Assembly (NCBI GenBank): GCA_017616775.1
Contig: JAFZXM010000018.1
Location: 2,221 to 66,220 of the forward strand
Source: Bacteroidales bacterium
GTDB lineage: Bacteria; Bacteroidota; Bacteroidia; Bacteroidales; WCHB1-69
Length of the DNA stretch: 64,000 bases
Direction of reading: 5' to 3'
The notes under the pieces were generated by a model. It saw nothing but the letters and a program-made list of their open reading frames with translations, was not told the origin of the DNA and did no database searches. A program made the translations under genes and the position numbers. This document shows positions 9,303-18,900 of this stretch, one piece after another. Position 1 is the stretch's first letter, and each line of letters opens with the position of its first letter.

Positions 9303-10436
9303 ATGAAAAAAATTATCGGATATTGTCTGTTGCTATGCTGCATACTCACGGCATGTCCCCGCCCCCAACCCGATATATTTAAGCCCACACCTTATCCTTT
9401 TTCCATTCCGCCCATGTTTCCCACCGTGGTGAACATCCCCGAAGACAATCCCCTGACTATAGAAGGGGTGCGCTTGGGCAGATATTTGTTTTATGACAGC
9501 CGGTTACGGGGTTATACAGGCAACAATCCCGATTCCATGATGTGCTGTGCCACCTGCCATGTGCAGTCCAACGCTTTTGTCTGCGGCATGAATAATCCGA
9601 AATTCCCGGGCGGCATTCCAAGAGGCATTAACGGACAACCCACTCACCACAATATGTTGCCGCTATGCAATTTGGCATTCAACACCAACGGATATGATTG
9701 GAACGGAGCCATTTACCCTCAAAACCCTCATCCGCACCTTAGAAATATAGAAGACATAGTGCTGATAAGTATTTTGGCTGAAAACGAACTTTTTTCTTCT
9801 CCGGAAAGATGTATTAACACACTCAAAAATATCAGCATCTACCCTCCTATGTTCAAAGCTGCCTTCGGGAGCGAAGATATTACAGCAGAACGTATCGCCA
9901 AGGCGATAGCCCAATTTGTGCGCACCCTGCTATCCTTCAATTCCCGTTTTGACCAATATATGCGCGGGGAAACCATGCTTTCCGAAGACGAATTGGCAGG
10001 TTGGGTGCTCTTCACCACCGAAGAAGGTGCCGATTGTTTTCATTGTCACGGCAGCAACGGTAATTTATTAATGACTACCAATATGTTTTACAACAACGGC
10101 TTGGACAGCACTTTTTCCGACCCCATGGACCGTTATGCCGTTACCGGCAACGAATACGACAAAGGCAGCTACCGCGCCCCTTCATTAAGGAATATAGCCC
10201 TTACCGCACCTTATATGCACGACGGACGCTTTGCCACTTTGGATGAAGTCATCGATTTTTACAGCGAAGGCCTGCAAGCCTCCCCTTACGTTCACCCGCT
10301 TATGCATCAAATCAACAACGGAGGCGTAATGCTTACACCAAAAGAAAAACGACAACTAAAAGCTTTTCTGCTCACACTTACTGACTATCAATTTATTCAA
10401 GACACCGCTTACGGCAAACCCGCGGATTTGCCATAA
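9303..10436 (+). CDS. di-haem cytochrome c peroxidase / MauG family lipoprotein
   Basis: Lipobox LTAC. Two CxxCH haem motifs (CATCH, CFHCH). PSLRNIALTAPYMHDGRFATL is typical of the family. Confidence 0.85.
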   Translation: MKKIIGYCLLLCCILTACPRPQPDIFKPTPYPFSIPPMFPTVVNIPEDNPLTIEGVRLGRYLFYDSRLRGYTGNNPDSMMCCATCHVQSNAFVCGMNNPKFPGGIPRGINGQPTHHNMLPLCNLAFNTNGYDWNGAIYPQNPHPHLRNIEDIVLISILAENELFSSPERCINTLKNISIYPPMFKAAFGSEDITAERIAKAIAQFVRTLLSFNSRFDQYMRGETMLSEDELAGWVLFTTEEGADCFHCHGSNGNLLMTTNMFYNNGLDSTFSDPMDRYAVTGNEYDKGSYRAPSLRNIALTAPYMHDGRFATLDEVIDFYSEGLQASPYVHPLMHQINNGGVMLTPKEKRQLKAFLLTLTDYQFIQDTAYGKPADLP

Positions 10437-10516
10437 AACAAAACACCGGGCTGCCGGCACTTTGCCTTTCATAGAAAAAATTGACTGCTATTGCTTTCCG
10501 GCATTTTTCCTTTCAA

Positions 10517-11830
10517 CTAAAATTTCAATAAATAAATACCTATGGCACATTTTTTACAGCGTTTTTTTCTGCAATAATATTCGTACAATTCCAACATGGC
10601 TTGTGAATGTAACGCATTGAACAAACGGATGTTCAAATGCCTGTATTTGCGGACTACGGTATTGTTTTCCAAAGGCATGCATTCATAAAAATGCACCACC
10701 TTGTTTTTCAAAGCCAAATCCTCATTCCATACAGCGTAAGCATATACAAACGGCAATATGGTATTGATAATAATGGAATGTACCGATTGTTTTCCCAAAT
10801 TTTTAACACTGTTGTCTTGCGCCTGCACATCAAACTTATAATGGGTATTCCAGTAGGGGGATGCCGATACGGAAAACATTTGTTCCAAATCGCCTATATC
10901 TTCCGCTTTCAACACTTTTGACAACAAGGACGAAGACCGGTGCACCAATGCTGCCAACTGTGACAAACGAATAGTGGGAAATCCTGTGGGATACATTTTG
11001 GCATATTTCCATATTGCACGGGTGCTGACGGGTGTTAAATTGAACTTTTTGCACAAAAAGGCATATTCTTTTTGCAGCGCCTGCGGATAAGCGTCACTGA
11101 AAGGACCGTTTAACATACCCGCTTGACCGTAAAACAGGGCTTCTGTCTGCAGCAGGTCGTTTTTTTGTTTTGCCAATACCGACAATGGCAACGATTGCGC
11201 AACAAGGTACATAGGCAAGGCATTCACCTTGAAACCAAACGATTTGGCGACCAAATGATAAAACACCTCCTCTTTATGCGAGGCACACTGCGAAAGCCGG
11301 TTTTCTATATCCGACACCCTTCTTTCCAAACGTTCTATCAACAGCATATCCATCCAGGAATACAATTGCAAGGGCTCCACCTGTTGCACGCTATGCGCGC
11401 ACACTATTTCTCCGGCATGATGCATATAGTTCTTATATTGCCTGCAAACATGTTCGTCTATGACGGACTTCCACTCTATAGTGCTAATATACTGACCTTT
11501 GCTATTATACACATCTTCATCGTTTTCATATACCACATGCAATATTACATTATCATAAGCCATATCGGTATGATGACCGTGACGCACCCAATCCGATGCT
11601 TTGACATGCAATTCAACGCAACCCGCCCATATTGTATTTCCTATTTGTATTTTGGCATTGAAAAAATCCGGACCGCTATGCCTGTTTTCTTCTCCGGATG
11701 AAAGCACCGTCACCTTTTCTCCTTTTGCAGAAACATATTGCATGGAAGCAAAGGCACGAATTTTCCAAATATATTGCAACAATTTCTCGTCCACACATCC
11801 GCAGACGTCTGCCGATTCTTCTTTTTTCAT
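10517..11830 (-). CDS. DUF2851 family protein
   Basis: LLQYIWKIRAF, GPDFFNAKIQIG..WAGCVELHVKASDWVRHGHHTD..YDNVILHVV matches my memory of the DUF2851 signature. Confidence 0.7.
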   Translation of the reverse strand: MKKEESADVCGCVDEKLLQYIWKIRAFASMQYVSAKGEKVTVLSSGEENRHSGPDFFNAKIQIGNTIWAGCVELHVKASDWVRHGHHTDMAYDNVILHVVYENDEDVYNSKGQYISTIEWKSVIDEHVCRQYKNYMHHAGEIVCAHSVQQVEPLQLYSWMDMLLIERLERRVSDIENRLSQCASHKEEVFYHLVAKSFGFKVNALPMYLVAQSLPLSVLAKQKNDLLQTEALFYGQAGMLNGPFSDAYPQALQKEYAFLCKKFNLTPVSTRAIWKYAKMYPTGFPTIRLSQLAALVHRSSSLLSKVLKAEDIGDLEQMFSVSASPYWNTHYKFDVQAQDNSVKNLGKQSVHSIIINTILPFVYAYAVWNEDLALKNKVVHFYECMPLENNTVVRKYRHLNIRLFNALHSQAMLELYEYYCRKKRCKKCAIGIYLLKF

Positions 11831-11858
11831 AATAACAGTTTGTTAAAAAATTATTTTA

Positions 11859-11866
11859 CAAAAATA
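11859..11866 (-). promoter_or_regulatory. -7 box TATTTTTG (minus strand)
   Basis: Plus-strand CAAAAATA lies 29 nt upstream of the start at 11830. Confidence 0.4.
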
Positions 11867-12014
11867 GCAATATATTGTTTACGAAAATATATTATGCCCG
11901 TTTTTTTTTATTAATGGTCAAAAAAAAAATAGTTAAAGAAACTGTCTTTAACTATTTGCAATCATCATTTTACGCTGTTGGCGGATAAGGGAGGACCATA
12001 TCCGCCACAAGCAT

Positions 12015-12767
12015 TTATTTTTTATAGAAATTGGTGGCATTGGCCTGAGACAAGCATGTGATCACCAAATCATTAATACACACGTGCTTGGGCAAAGAAA
12101 CCAAATAAGCCACCACATCGGCAATATCTTCTGCCACCAATGGCTGATATCCCTGATATACCTTATCGGCGGCTTCTTTATTATTTTTGTAGCGTACGAG
12201 TGAAAATTCCGTTTCTGCAGCGCCGGGGCATATTTGACTCACTTTCACGCCATAGGGCAACATATCCACTCTCATTGCCTTTGTAATGGCGTCCACAGCA
12301 TGTTTGGTGGCGCAATATACATTGCCATTGGGATATACTTCTTTTCCCGCTACCGATCCCAAATTGATGATATGTCCGCTTTTGCGGGCAACCATCAGAG
12401 GCATTATTTGATGGCTCACATACAACAGCCCTTTGATGTTAGTATCTATCATGCGATTCCAATCATCCAATTCTCCGTTTTGAATACCCACAGCACCTAC
12501 TGCCAAGCCTGCGTTATTGACCAATACATCTATGTTTTTCCATTCCTGAGGCAATGACACTATCGCTTTTTCCACGGCATCGTTATCCCGAACGTCATAA
12601 CAAGACACCCTCACTTTCACGGAATATTGTCGCGTTAATTCATCGGCTAATGTTTCCAAACGTTCTTTTCTTCTGCCGGTTATAATCATATCATAACCTT
12701 TTTGAGCCAATTTTTGAGCAATGGCTTTTCCAAAACCGCTGGTTGCTCCTGTAATATATGCTATCAT
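12015..12767 (-). CDS. SDR family NAD(P)-dependent oxidoreductase (YdfG-like)
   Basis: ITGATSGFGKAIA cofactor motif, NNAG, and catalytic YCATKHA. Confidence 0.9.
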   Translation of the reverse strand: MIAYITGATSGFGKAIAQKLAQKGYDMIITGRRKERLETLADELTRQYSVKVRVSCYDVRDNDAVEKAIVSLPQEWKNIDVLVNNAGLAVGAVGIQNGELDDWNRMIDTNIKGLLYVSHQIMPLMVARKSGHIINLGSVAGKEVYPNGNVYCATKHAVDAITKAMRVDMLPYGVKVSQICPGAAETEFSLVRYKNNKEAADKVYQGYQPLVAEDIADVVAYLVSLPKHVCINDLVITCLSQANATNFYKK

Positions 12768-12810
12768 GCTATTTATAATTATCGTTTTATATTTGTTCTG
12801 TTAAAAAAAA

Positions 12811-13929
12811 TTAATCCGCCCTGTTTTTATAGCACACTATGGTGACGGCGTTGGACAACACCGCGAACAAAGACATGCCCAACAAATAATAACGCATATC
12901 CACCAACGAGCTGCCTTTCAAAACTATGCTGCGCAATATTTCCATAAAATGGGCTATAGGATTCACCAAATTCATAATTTGCGCCCATTGCGGCATACTT
13001 TCTATGGGCGTAAACAATCCGCTCAGCAATATAAATACTATAAAAAAGAATATCATCACAAACATGGATTGCACTTGATTTTCTGCAAAAATGCTCACCA
13101 TAAACCCCATGCCCAGCATGGCCAGCAGGAATATGGCTGTCATCAGCAGCAATGCCGACAACGAACCCTGTATATGTATTCCGAAAACAAAAAACATGAT
13201 ACCCAGACCCGCCAGGAATTCAAGCATGCCTATGGCCCAAAACGGAAATACTTTACCTATAAAAAATTGCATTTTGGTGATGGGGGTGATGTTAATTTGC
13301 TCTATAGTGCCCAATTCTTTTTCCCGCACTATATTCAATGTGGAAAGCATAGCTCCTATCATGCTGACCAGCACGGCCAAAATACCGGGAACAAATATAT
13401 TTTTATAGTCCATCTTATGATTAAACCAACGGGATACCGAAATACGGGTACGGAAATAATCATTCTTTTGCATGCCTGCGGCATTTTGCAATGTTCTTTC
13501 AAAATAGCCGGTTAAAAACTGCTGCAAATAGGCTGCGCCTATGGCGGCTTTCATGCTATTGACGGCATTGGATGTAACGCCGAGCACAGGCTGCTGCCGG
13601 CGATAAATATTCACCTGAAAATCGGGCGGTATTTCTATAATGATATCCACCTTGTTACGTTTCATTGCCACCTCGCCTTCCGTATAGGAATGTATTCCTT
13701 TGACGGTGCGAAAATATTTGGTGGCATTCAGGGTATTCTGCAAATCGCGGGACATGGAAGAGCAATCGTAATCGATTACCGCTACATTCAAGCGCTTGAT
13801 TTCCATATCCGCGGCAAAAGGAAATATCAATAATTGGGCAATGGGCAAAAAAATGACCAACTTCCACAACACCGGATTGCGAAAAATCTGCAAGAATTCC
13901 TTTTTAATAAGTATCAGTATGGTTCGCAT
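12811..13929 (-). CDS. ABC-2 type transporter permease
   Basis: N-terminal TM helix, large loop, then five C-terminal TM helices. ABC-2 style sequence (FFIGKVFPFW..., LSGLFTPIESMPQWAQ). No cognate ATPase is adjacent. Confidence 0.75.
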   Translation of the reverse strand: MRTILILIKKEFLQIFRNPVLWKLVIFLPIAQLLIFPFAADMEIKRLNVAVIDYDCSSMSRDLQNTLNATKYFRTVKGIHSYTEGEVAMKRNKVDIIIEIPPDFQVNIYRRQQPVLGVTSNAVNSMKAAIGAAYLQQFLTGYFERTLQNAAGMQKNDYFRTRISVSRWFNHKMDYKNIFVPGILAVLVSMIGAMLSTLNIVREKELGTIEQINITPITKMQFFIGKVFPFWAIGMLEFLAGLGIMFFVFGIHIQGSLSALLLMTAIFLLAMLGMGFMVSIFAENQVQSMFVMIFFFIVFILLSGLFTPIESMPQWAQIMNLVNPIAHFMEILRSIVLKGSSLVDMRYYLLGMSLFAVLSNAVTIVCYKNRAD

Positions 13930-13932
13930 TAT

Positions 13933-13964
13933 GAAAAAAAGAGTTCGGGTTGAAACACCCGAAC
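13933..13964 (-). terminator. rho-independent terminator of buk
   Basis: 8-bp stem gttcgggt (13943-50) / acccgaac (13957-64). The A7 run on the plus strand gives a U-tract on the minus strand. Confidence 0.65.
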
Positions 13965-13992
13965 CCGTTAGCGCATGGTTTTATCTTTTTTT

Positions 13993-15099
13993 TTATTTAT
14001 ATTCTTTCGGTTGCACACCATTGATCACTTCGTTGGCACACATTGCCAAAGCGAGCATTTCATTTTCTCCTTTATACACTTTTACAGGGGCAATCCATGA
14101 TATACGCTCTTGAATTTGAGCCATCCACGGTTTGCTGTAAGCTATGCCGCCGGTAAGAAGTATGGCATCCACCTTTCCGTTGACCACTGCAGCCAATCTG
14201 CTTATTTCCAAAGACACCTGATAGCAAAAAGCATCTACCAACAGTTTGCATTTTTCATCACCTGCCATTGCTTTTTGTTCCACTTCATAAGCATCGTTGG
14301 TGCCCAAATAAGCCACAAAACCGCCTTCGGCCGTAATCATCTTTTTGATTTTTTCTTTTGTATAGTCACCGCTGAAGCAAACATCTATCAATTTGCTTGC
14401 ATTGATAGAACCTGAACGGGTGGGAGAAAAGGCTCCCAAACCGCACAATGCCCTGTTCACCTCCACCACACGGCCGTGAACATGTATGCCTACCGACACT
14501 CCGCCACCGAGGTGAGCCACTATCAAATTCAAATCTTCATAATGCTTGCCCAATTCGCGGGCATACAATTTGGCTGTCATCTTTTGATTCAAACAATGCC
14601 AAATAACGCCTTCGCGACGGGGATCCATATCAAAAACAGGATGACCCGTTATTTTGGCAAAGTCCGGACGTTCGTCCACTATGCCCGGATCGGCAATATA
14701 GGCCGTTTCCAAGCCTATTTCTTTGGCTATGCTATCCGAAATCAACGCACCTAAATTACAGGCGTGCTTTCCCTGAATACCGTCATGGCATTCTTGTTTC
14801 ATCAATTCATTCACCTTGTACACTCCCGATTCACAGGGACGGGTAAGACCTCCGCGACCGATCACTATGGCTATATTTTCATTAGCGACTCCGTGTTTTT
14901 TCAACATATCCATAATTGCATTCTTACGATAGTCAAACTGATCGGCTACTTCATGAAATTGCTGGATTTCTTCCAAGGGATGCTTTATATTTTCGGTAAA
15001 CACCTCTTGCTCACCTTCATAAACAGATACTTTGGTTGACGTTGCTCCCGGGTTAATGGCTAAAGTAAACTTTTGTTCTGGTTTTATAACTTCTGACAT
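13993..15099 (-). CDS. buk: butyrate kinase
   Basis: FTLAINPGATSTKVSVYEG, VIGRGG, AHLGGGVSV, LTGGIAYS. Start moved from 15231 to the ATG at 15099 (MSEVIK) because a -7 box at 15168-75 lies inside the longer ORF. Confidence 0.9.
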   Translation of the reverse strand: MSEVIKPEQKFTLAINPGATSTKVSVYEGEQEVFTENIKHPLEEIQQFHEVADQFDYRKNAIMDMLKKHGVANENIAIVIGRGGLTRPCESGVYKVNELMKQECHDGIQGKHACNLGALISDSIAKEIGLETAYIADPGIVDERPDFAKITGHPVFDMDPRREGVIWHCLNQKMTAKLYARELGKHYEDLNLIVAHLGGGVSVGIHVHGRVVEVNRALCGLGAFSPTRSGSINASKLIDVCFSGDYTKEKIKKMITAEGGFVAYLGTNDAYEVEQKAMAGDEKCKLLVDAFCYQVSLEISRLAAVVNGKVDAILLTGGIAYSKPWMAQIQERISWIAPVKVYKGENEMLALAMCANEVINGVQPKEYK

Positions 15100-15167
15100 T
15101 GTATTTAATTGTATTTTAATGCTATTTTGGTTCGAGTAGGATTGCCTATGCAACCGACTCCAATTTG

Positions 15168-15175
15168 CAAATATA
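15168..15175 (-). promoter_or_regulatory. -7 box TATATTTG (minus strand)
   Basis: Plus-strand CAAATATA lies 69 nt upstream of the corrected buk start. Confidence 0.45.
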
Positions 15176-15344
15176 CGAAAAAAAATCAAATAAGCGGTTA
15201 ATTTTAATTTTTTTTTATCAAAAAATGCCAAGCAAACACCTTCTCCCCGAAAAATATACTAACACGTTGTATTTGAACGTATTTTAAAGTTAGCGACTGC
15301 CTTTGCGGCTATGTTTTCAACAATTAAAATATCCGGGCGGGTGT

Positions 15345-17162
15345 TTAAACAAAAGATTGCATATCCACCATATGTTTATACAAGCCGTTTTTTGCCACCA
15401 GTTCGCTGTGCGAACCTTGTTCCGCAACCCTGCCGTGGTTGATTACTATAATATTATCGGCAGACACTATGGTAGCCAAACGATGCGCTATCACTATGCT
15501 GGTTCGTCCGCTAAGCATGCTGTCTATGGCTTGTTGCACCGATAGTTCCAGATGGGCATCCAAGGCGGAGGTGGCTTCATCCAACACCAATATTTCCGGC
15601 TGGCGCAAAAGTGCCCTGGCTATGCTTATCCTCTGCTTTTGTCCGCCCGACAAATTAGCCCCCCTGTCCCCTACATTGGTGTGGATACCCTCTTCCAACT
15701 GAGGCAAAAAATTGGTGACATTCGCCATGCGGGCCGCCTGCATCACGGCTTCTTCGGAGCTATCATAACCTAATGTAATGTTATTATATACGGTATCGTT
15801 AAAAAGTATACTCTCCTGCGAAACCACGCCGAATATTTTAAGCAGGCTGCTCAGGGTGATACAACGGATGTCAACACCATCAATCAAAATTTCGCCTGAC
15901 TGTATATCATAAAAACGCAACAATAGGTCAACTATGGTGGTTTTACCCGAACCCGACATGCCGCAGATAGCCGTTTTTTGCCCTTTGACAATTTCAAAAT
16001 TCAAATCCGACAGCACTTCCTTGTCACCATAAGAAAAACATACGTTTTTAAATACTATCTTATCTTTAAATTCATTCAAATCCACACAATTGTCACTCTG
16101 CTCCGCTGTTTCGTCACTTTCCAGCAAGGCATTGATACGCTCTATGGATGCCATGCCTTTTTTGAGATTTGCCACCGCTTCGGACAAGGACTTCATGGGA
16201 TTAATCACCTGTATGAATATCATAATATAGGTAATGAACAGCTCGGCTGTAAACGCATTATCCTGCGACAACACCTGCACACTGCCGTAAAGCAGAATCA
16301 CCACCACTATCAACACCCCCGAAAATTCTCCCAAAGGAGAAGACAAATCCCTTCGGCGCGATATTTTGATAAATATATCGGTATATTTTGCATTGATACG
16401 GTTAAAATAATCGCTCATCCTGCCTATGCCGTTAAAAGCCTTTATTACACGCAATGCATAAATACCCTCTTCTATGGTGGTGGTCATCTCCGACTGATAT
16501 TCCTTGGCTTGTTTGGAATTCGATTTCAATTTTCTTTGCAATTTATTGATAAGCAAACCTGCCAAGGGCAAAAGCACCAATACCAACAAGCTTAACTTAT
16601 AATTGATTAAAAACAAAGCCGATAAATATATCACCACTTCCAAAGGAAAACGCAAAAAAGACTGCAAAGAATCCAATATGGAAGTGTCTATCTCTTGAAT
16701 ATCATTAATAACCAATGATATGATATCACCTTTTTTATGTTTGGAAAAATAAGAAACGGGTAAATGAAGCATTTTTTGATAAGCATTGTGCCTGAACATT
16801 TTAACCACCGCCGTGCGGATAGGAATAAGTATGCACACCGCCGAATAGGCCAATACCTTGCTCAACAAAAAGGAGACAAACACCACGCACAACAATATCA
16901 ACAAGGCCAACAAGGCTCCGTGCCCTGTAATAATTACAGACAGATAATACTGGGCATAAGCCAGAAGCGTATCGGAAGTAAAGGAAAAGGAAGGCGGAGT
17001 CATATCCGCTTTCACCTGATTGAATACCAATGATAATAAGGGGGCCAGAATAGCGACGGAACACAAGGAAAAAAATGCCGACAACAAATTCACTACCGAA
17101 ACGGACAACAAGCGATAACGGTAAGGGAACAATATACGGCCTATTTTTTTATAATCGTTCAT
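15345..17162 (-). CDS. ABC transporter permease/ATP-binding fusion (MsbA-like exporter)
   Basis: N-terminal six-helix TMD. Walker A GMSGSGKTT, signature LSGGQKQRISIARA, Walker B ILVLDEATSALD. Confidence 0.92.
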   Translation of the reverse strand: MNDYKKIGRILFPYRYRLLSVSVVNLLSAFFSLCSVAILAPLLSLVFNQVKADMTPPSFSFTSDTLLAYAQYYLSVIITGHGALLALLILLCVVFVSFLLSKVLAYSAVCILIPIRTAVVKMFRHNAYQKMLHLPVSYFSKHKKGDIISLVINDIQEIDTSILDSLQSFLRFPLEVVIYLSALFLINYKLSLLVLVLLPLAGLLINKLQRKLKSNSKQAKEYQSEMTTTIEEGIYALRVIKAFNGIGRMSDYFNRINAKYTDIFIKISRRRDLSSPLGEFSGVLIVVVILLYGSVQVLSQDNAFTAELFITYIMIFIQVINPMKSLSEAVANLKKGMASIERINALLESDETAEQSDNCVDLNEFKDKIVFKNVCFSYGDKEVLSDLNFEIVKGQKTAICGMSGSGKTTIVDLLLRFYDIQSGEILIDGVDIRCITLSSLLKIFGVVSQESILFNDTVYNNITLGYDSSEEAVMQAARMANVTNFLPQLEEGIHTNVGDRGANLSGGQKQRISIARALLRQPEILVLDEATSALDAHLELSVQQAIDSMLSGRTSIVIAHRLATIVSADNIIVINHGRVAEQGSHSELVAKNGLYKHMVDMQSFV

Positions 17163-18064
17163 TAGTCTTGTTTGAGTTCAAAACACTGACCGTTGAATAC
17201 ATAAGTTACTATATGTATTTCGTCTGTCGCATTTTTAATTTTATACACCAATTGCTGCGACTTGTAATTATAGTTGCACACTATGGATTCGTCTTGCATA
17301 TAAGTGTACATGCACACTTCGGAATGCGGGGCGAAGCCTTTGTAATCAAACATCAGGCTGTCGCCTTGCTGCTGCAGCACTATGGCGCCTTTGAAATTTT
17401 CATTTCCGCTTACACAGCCTTCCACATTCATCAAATACAGGCTGGTATTTTCTTCTGCAGCGTTTAACTTATACACCGATACCGGCTTGCCGACGGCTAT
17501 TTCGCAGTTGGCGGCTTCGTAATTCTGGGTATTCACACAGGCATGCATATTGCGGTTGGCATCCGCATATTGATACACATTCAAATATGTATTATAGTCC
17601 AAGCCTATATTTTCATTCCATGTATATATTCTCAACATTCTGTCCGCCGACACCGCCGTGGTTAACATTTTATGTTTTAAAGGAGCATTTACGCTTTTTT
17701 TATCCTGCAAAATATTCAGCATATAGTGCACGGCCATATAGTTAAGCGAATCCACCACGGAATATACGTCTTCTTCTTCATAATGACAAAACGAGTACAA
17801 GGTATCCAATATACGATACAATGTTGCCTTTTTTTCTTCATAGGTCTGCTCGGGAATGGGGTATTGCTCTATCTGCTTGCGCACCCATAGCGGATTATTT
17901 CCCGAAAGGGACACCACATCTATTCCCGATGTATCTTCTTTTATTATGGAATAGATTGCCGTAGGGTCTGTCAAGGCGTTATCCTCCGCATTTCCGCATG
18001 CAGACATTACTATTATCATCCCTGTGAAGCAAAGTAACGGTACAAGATATTTCATATACGTCAT
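17162..18064 (-). CDS. hypothetical lipoprotein (300 aa)
   Basis: Signal plus lipobox IVMSAC|GN. Its stop overlaps the exporter start by 1 nt (TAATG on the minus strand). Confidence 0.65.
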   Translation of the reverse strand: MTYMKYLVPLLCFTGMIIVMSACGNAEDNALTDPTAIYSIIKEDTSGIDVVSLSGNNPLWVRKQIEQYPIPEQTYEEKKATLYRILDTLYSFCHYEEEDVYSVVDSLNYMAVHYMLNILQDKKSVNAPLKHKMLTTAVSADRMLRIYTWNENIGLDYNTYLNVYQYADANRNMHACVNTQNYEAANCEIAVGKPVSVYKLNAAEENTSLYLMNVEGCVSGNENFKGAIVLQQQGDSLMFDYKGFAPHSEVCMYTYMQDESIVCNYNYKSQQLVYKIKNATDEIHIVTYVFNGQCFELKQD

Positions 18065-18084
18065 ATTTTATATATTGATGATGG

Positions 18085-18092
18085 CAAAAATA
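18085..18092 (-). promoter_or_regulatory. -7 box TATTTTTG (minus strand)
   Basis: Plus-strand CAAAAATA lies 21 nt upstream of the start at 18064. Confidence 0.45.
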
Positions 18093-18187
18093 TCATTTTT
18101 TCCCCATATTTAACATCCTCTGCAAAAAAATAGTGGAACAGAAGTCTATATTCAATTCCACTAATCATTCTTTCACCCTGTTTGTTT

Positions 18188-18874
18188 TTATTTTTTGGCG
18201 GCTATTGCCAATATCAAGCCCAACACCACTCCCAAAAACGCCGCAAAAAGCACTTGAAACGCCATGGGCAGGATAAATGTAATGGTGTGTGCCGGTATCC
18301 AAAACAGCGGTATGGTCTTTTTAAATACAAAATTCCACTGTGTGTTCCAATTGGTGCGGCTAAGCAAATCGGCCATCCGCACGGGCTTGGCCAAACATTT
18401 GACACTGCCATGATATTGAGCTATGTGCATATCACACATTTTATGTATGGTCATGAATACGGGAGCAAAGCTGGTGTTCATAATGACACTTATACAAAAG
18501 GCGCCCGCTAATTTCATCACGGAGAATTCACCTTGCATGGCATCAACCAAGCCGTTGGCGGCAAACAATTTTTCCATCACCGCAGGCACGCCTGCGGCAA
18601 ACACTTTCATGGCTAAAGCTATCCACATGCCCAACAAGCCCCAAACGATCATCTTCGGGCACAAGCCGAATTCCGTATCATAATATTTTCCCGTTCTTAT
18701 GCGTGAGGCCAACATTTCACCGAAGGTGCCCAATATGGCGAATTTTACAAATGCCAGCAAATAAGGGTTAGAATTATTCCATTTCAAATAAGTGTCATAC
18801 ACTGCATCAAAGGCAAAAAAAGGCGCCAGCACCAACAATACGGTCAATATCACCAAAAAATCCTGTTTTTTCAT
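18188..18874 (-). CDS. integral membrane protein (possibly Mpv17/PMP22-like)
   Basis: Multiple TM helices. LFWIPAHTITFILP resembles the Mpv17/PMP22 motif (weak match). Start moved to MKKQDF at 18874 so that it no longer overlaps glmS. Confidence 0.6.
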   Translation of the reverse strand: MKKQDFLVILTVLLVLAPFFAFDAVYDTYLKWNNSNPYLLAFVKFAILGTFGEMLASRIRTGKYYDTEFGLCPKMIVWGLLGMWIALAMKVFAAGVPAVMEKLFAANGLVDAMQGEFSVMKLAGAFCISVIMNTSFAPVFMTIHKMCDMHIAQYHGSVKCLAKPVRMADLLSRTNWNTQWNFVFKKTIPLFWIPAHTITFILPMAFQVLFAAFLGVVLGLILAIAAKK

Positions 18875-18900
18875 TTTCTTTACCTGTTTGTCAATATACT

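Noticed and set aside
11979-12007. A 9-bp hairpin (tggcggata / tatccgcca) just downstream of the SDR gene could be a terminator.
   Set aside because: No U-tract follows it on the minus strand, and its 11-nt loop is large for an intrinsic terminator. It is not reported as a feature.
12811-15099. buk without an adjacent ptb, and an ABC-2 permease without an adjacent ATPase, could signal rearrangement.
   Set aside because: Both genes look intact with normal promoter and terminator signals. Partner genes may simply lie elsewhere. There is no sequence evidence of disruption in the window.
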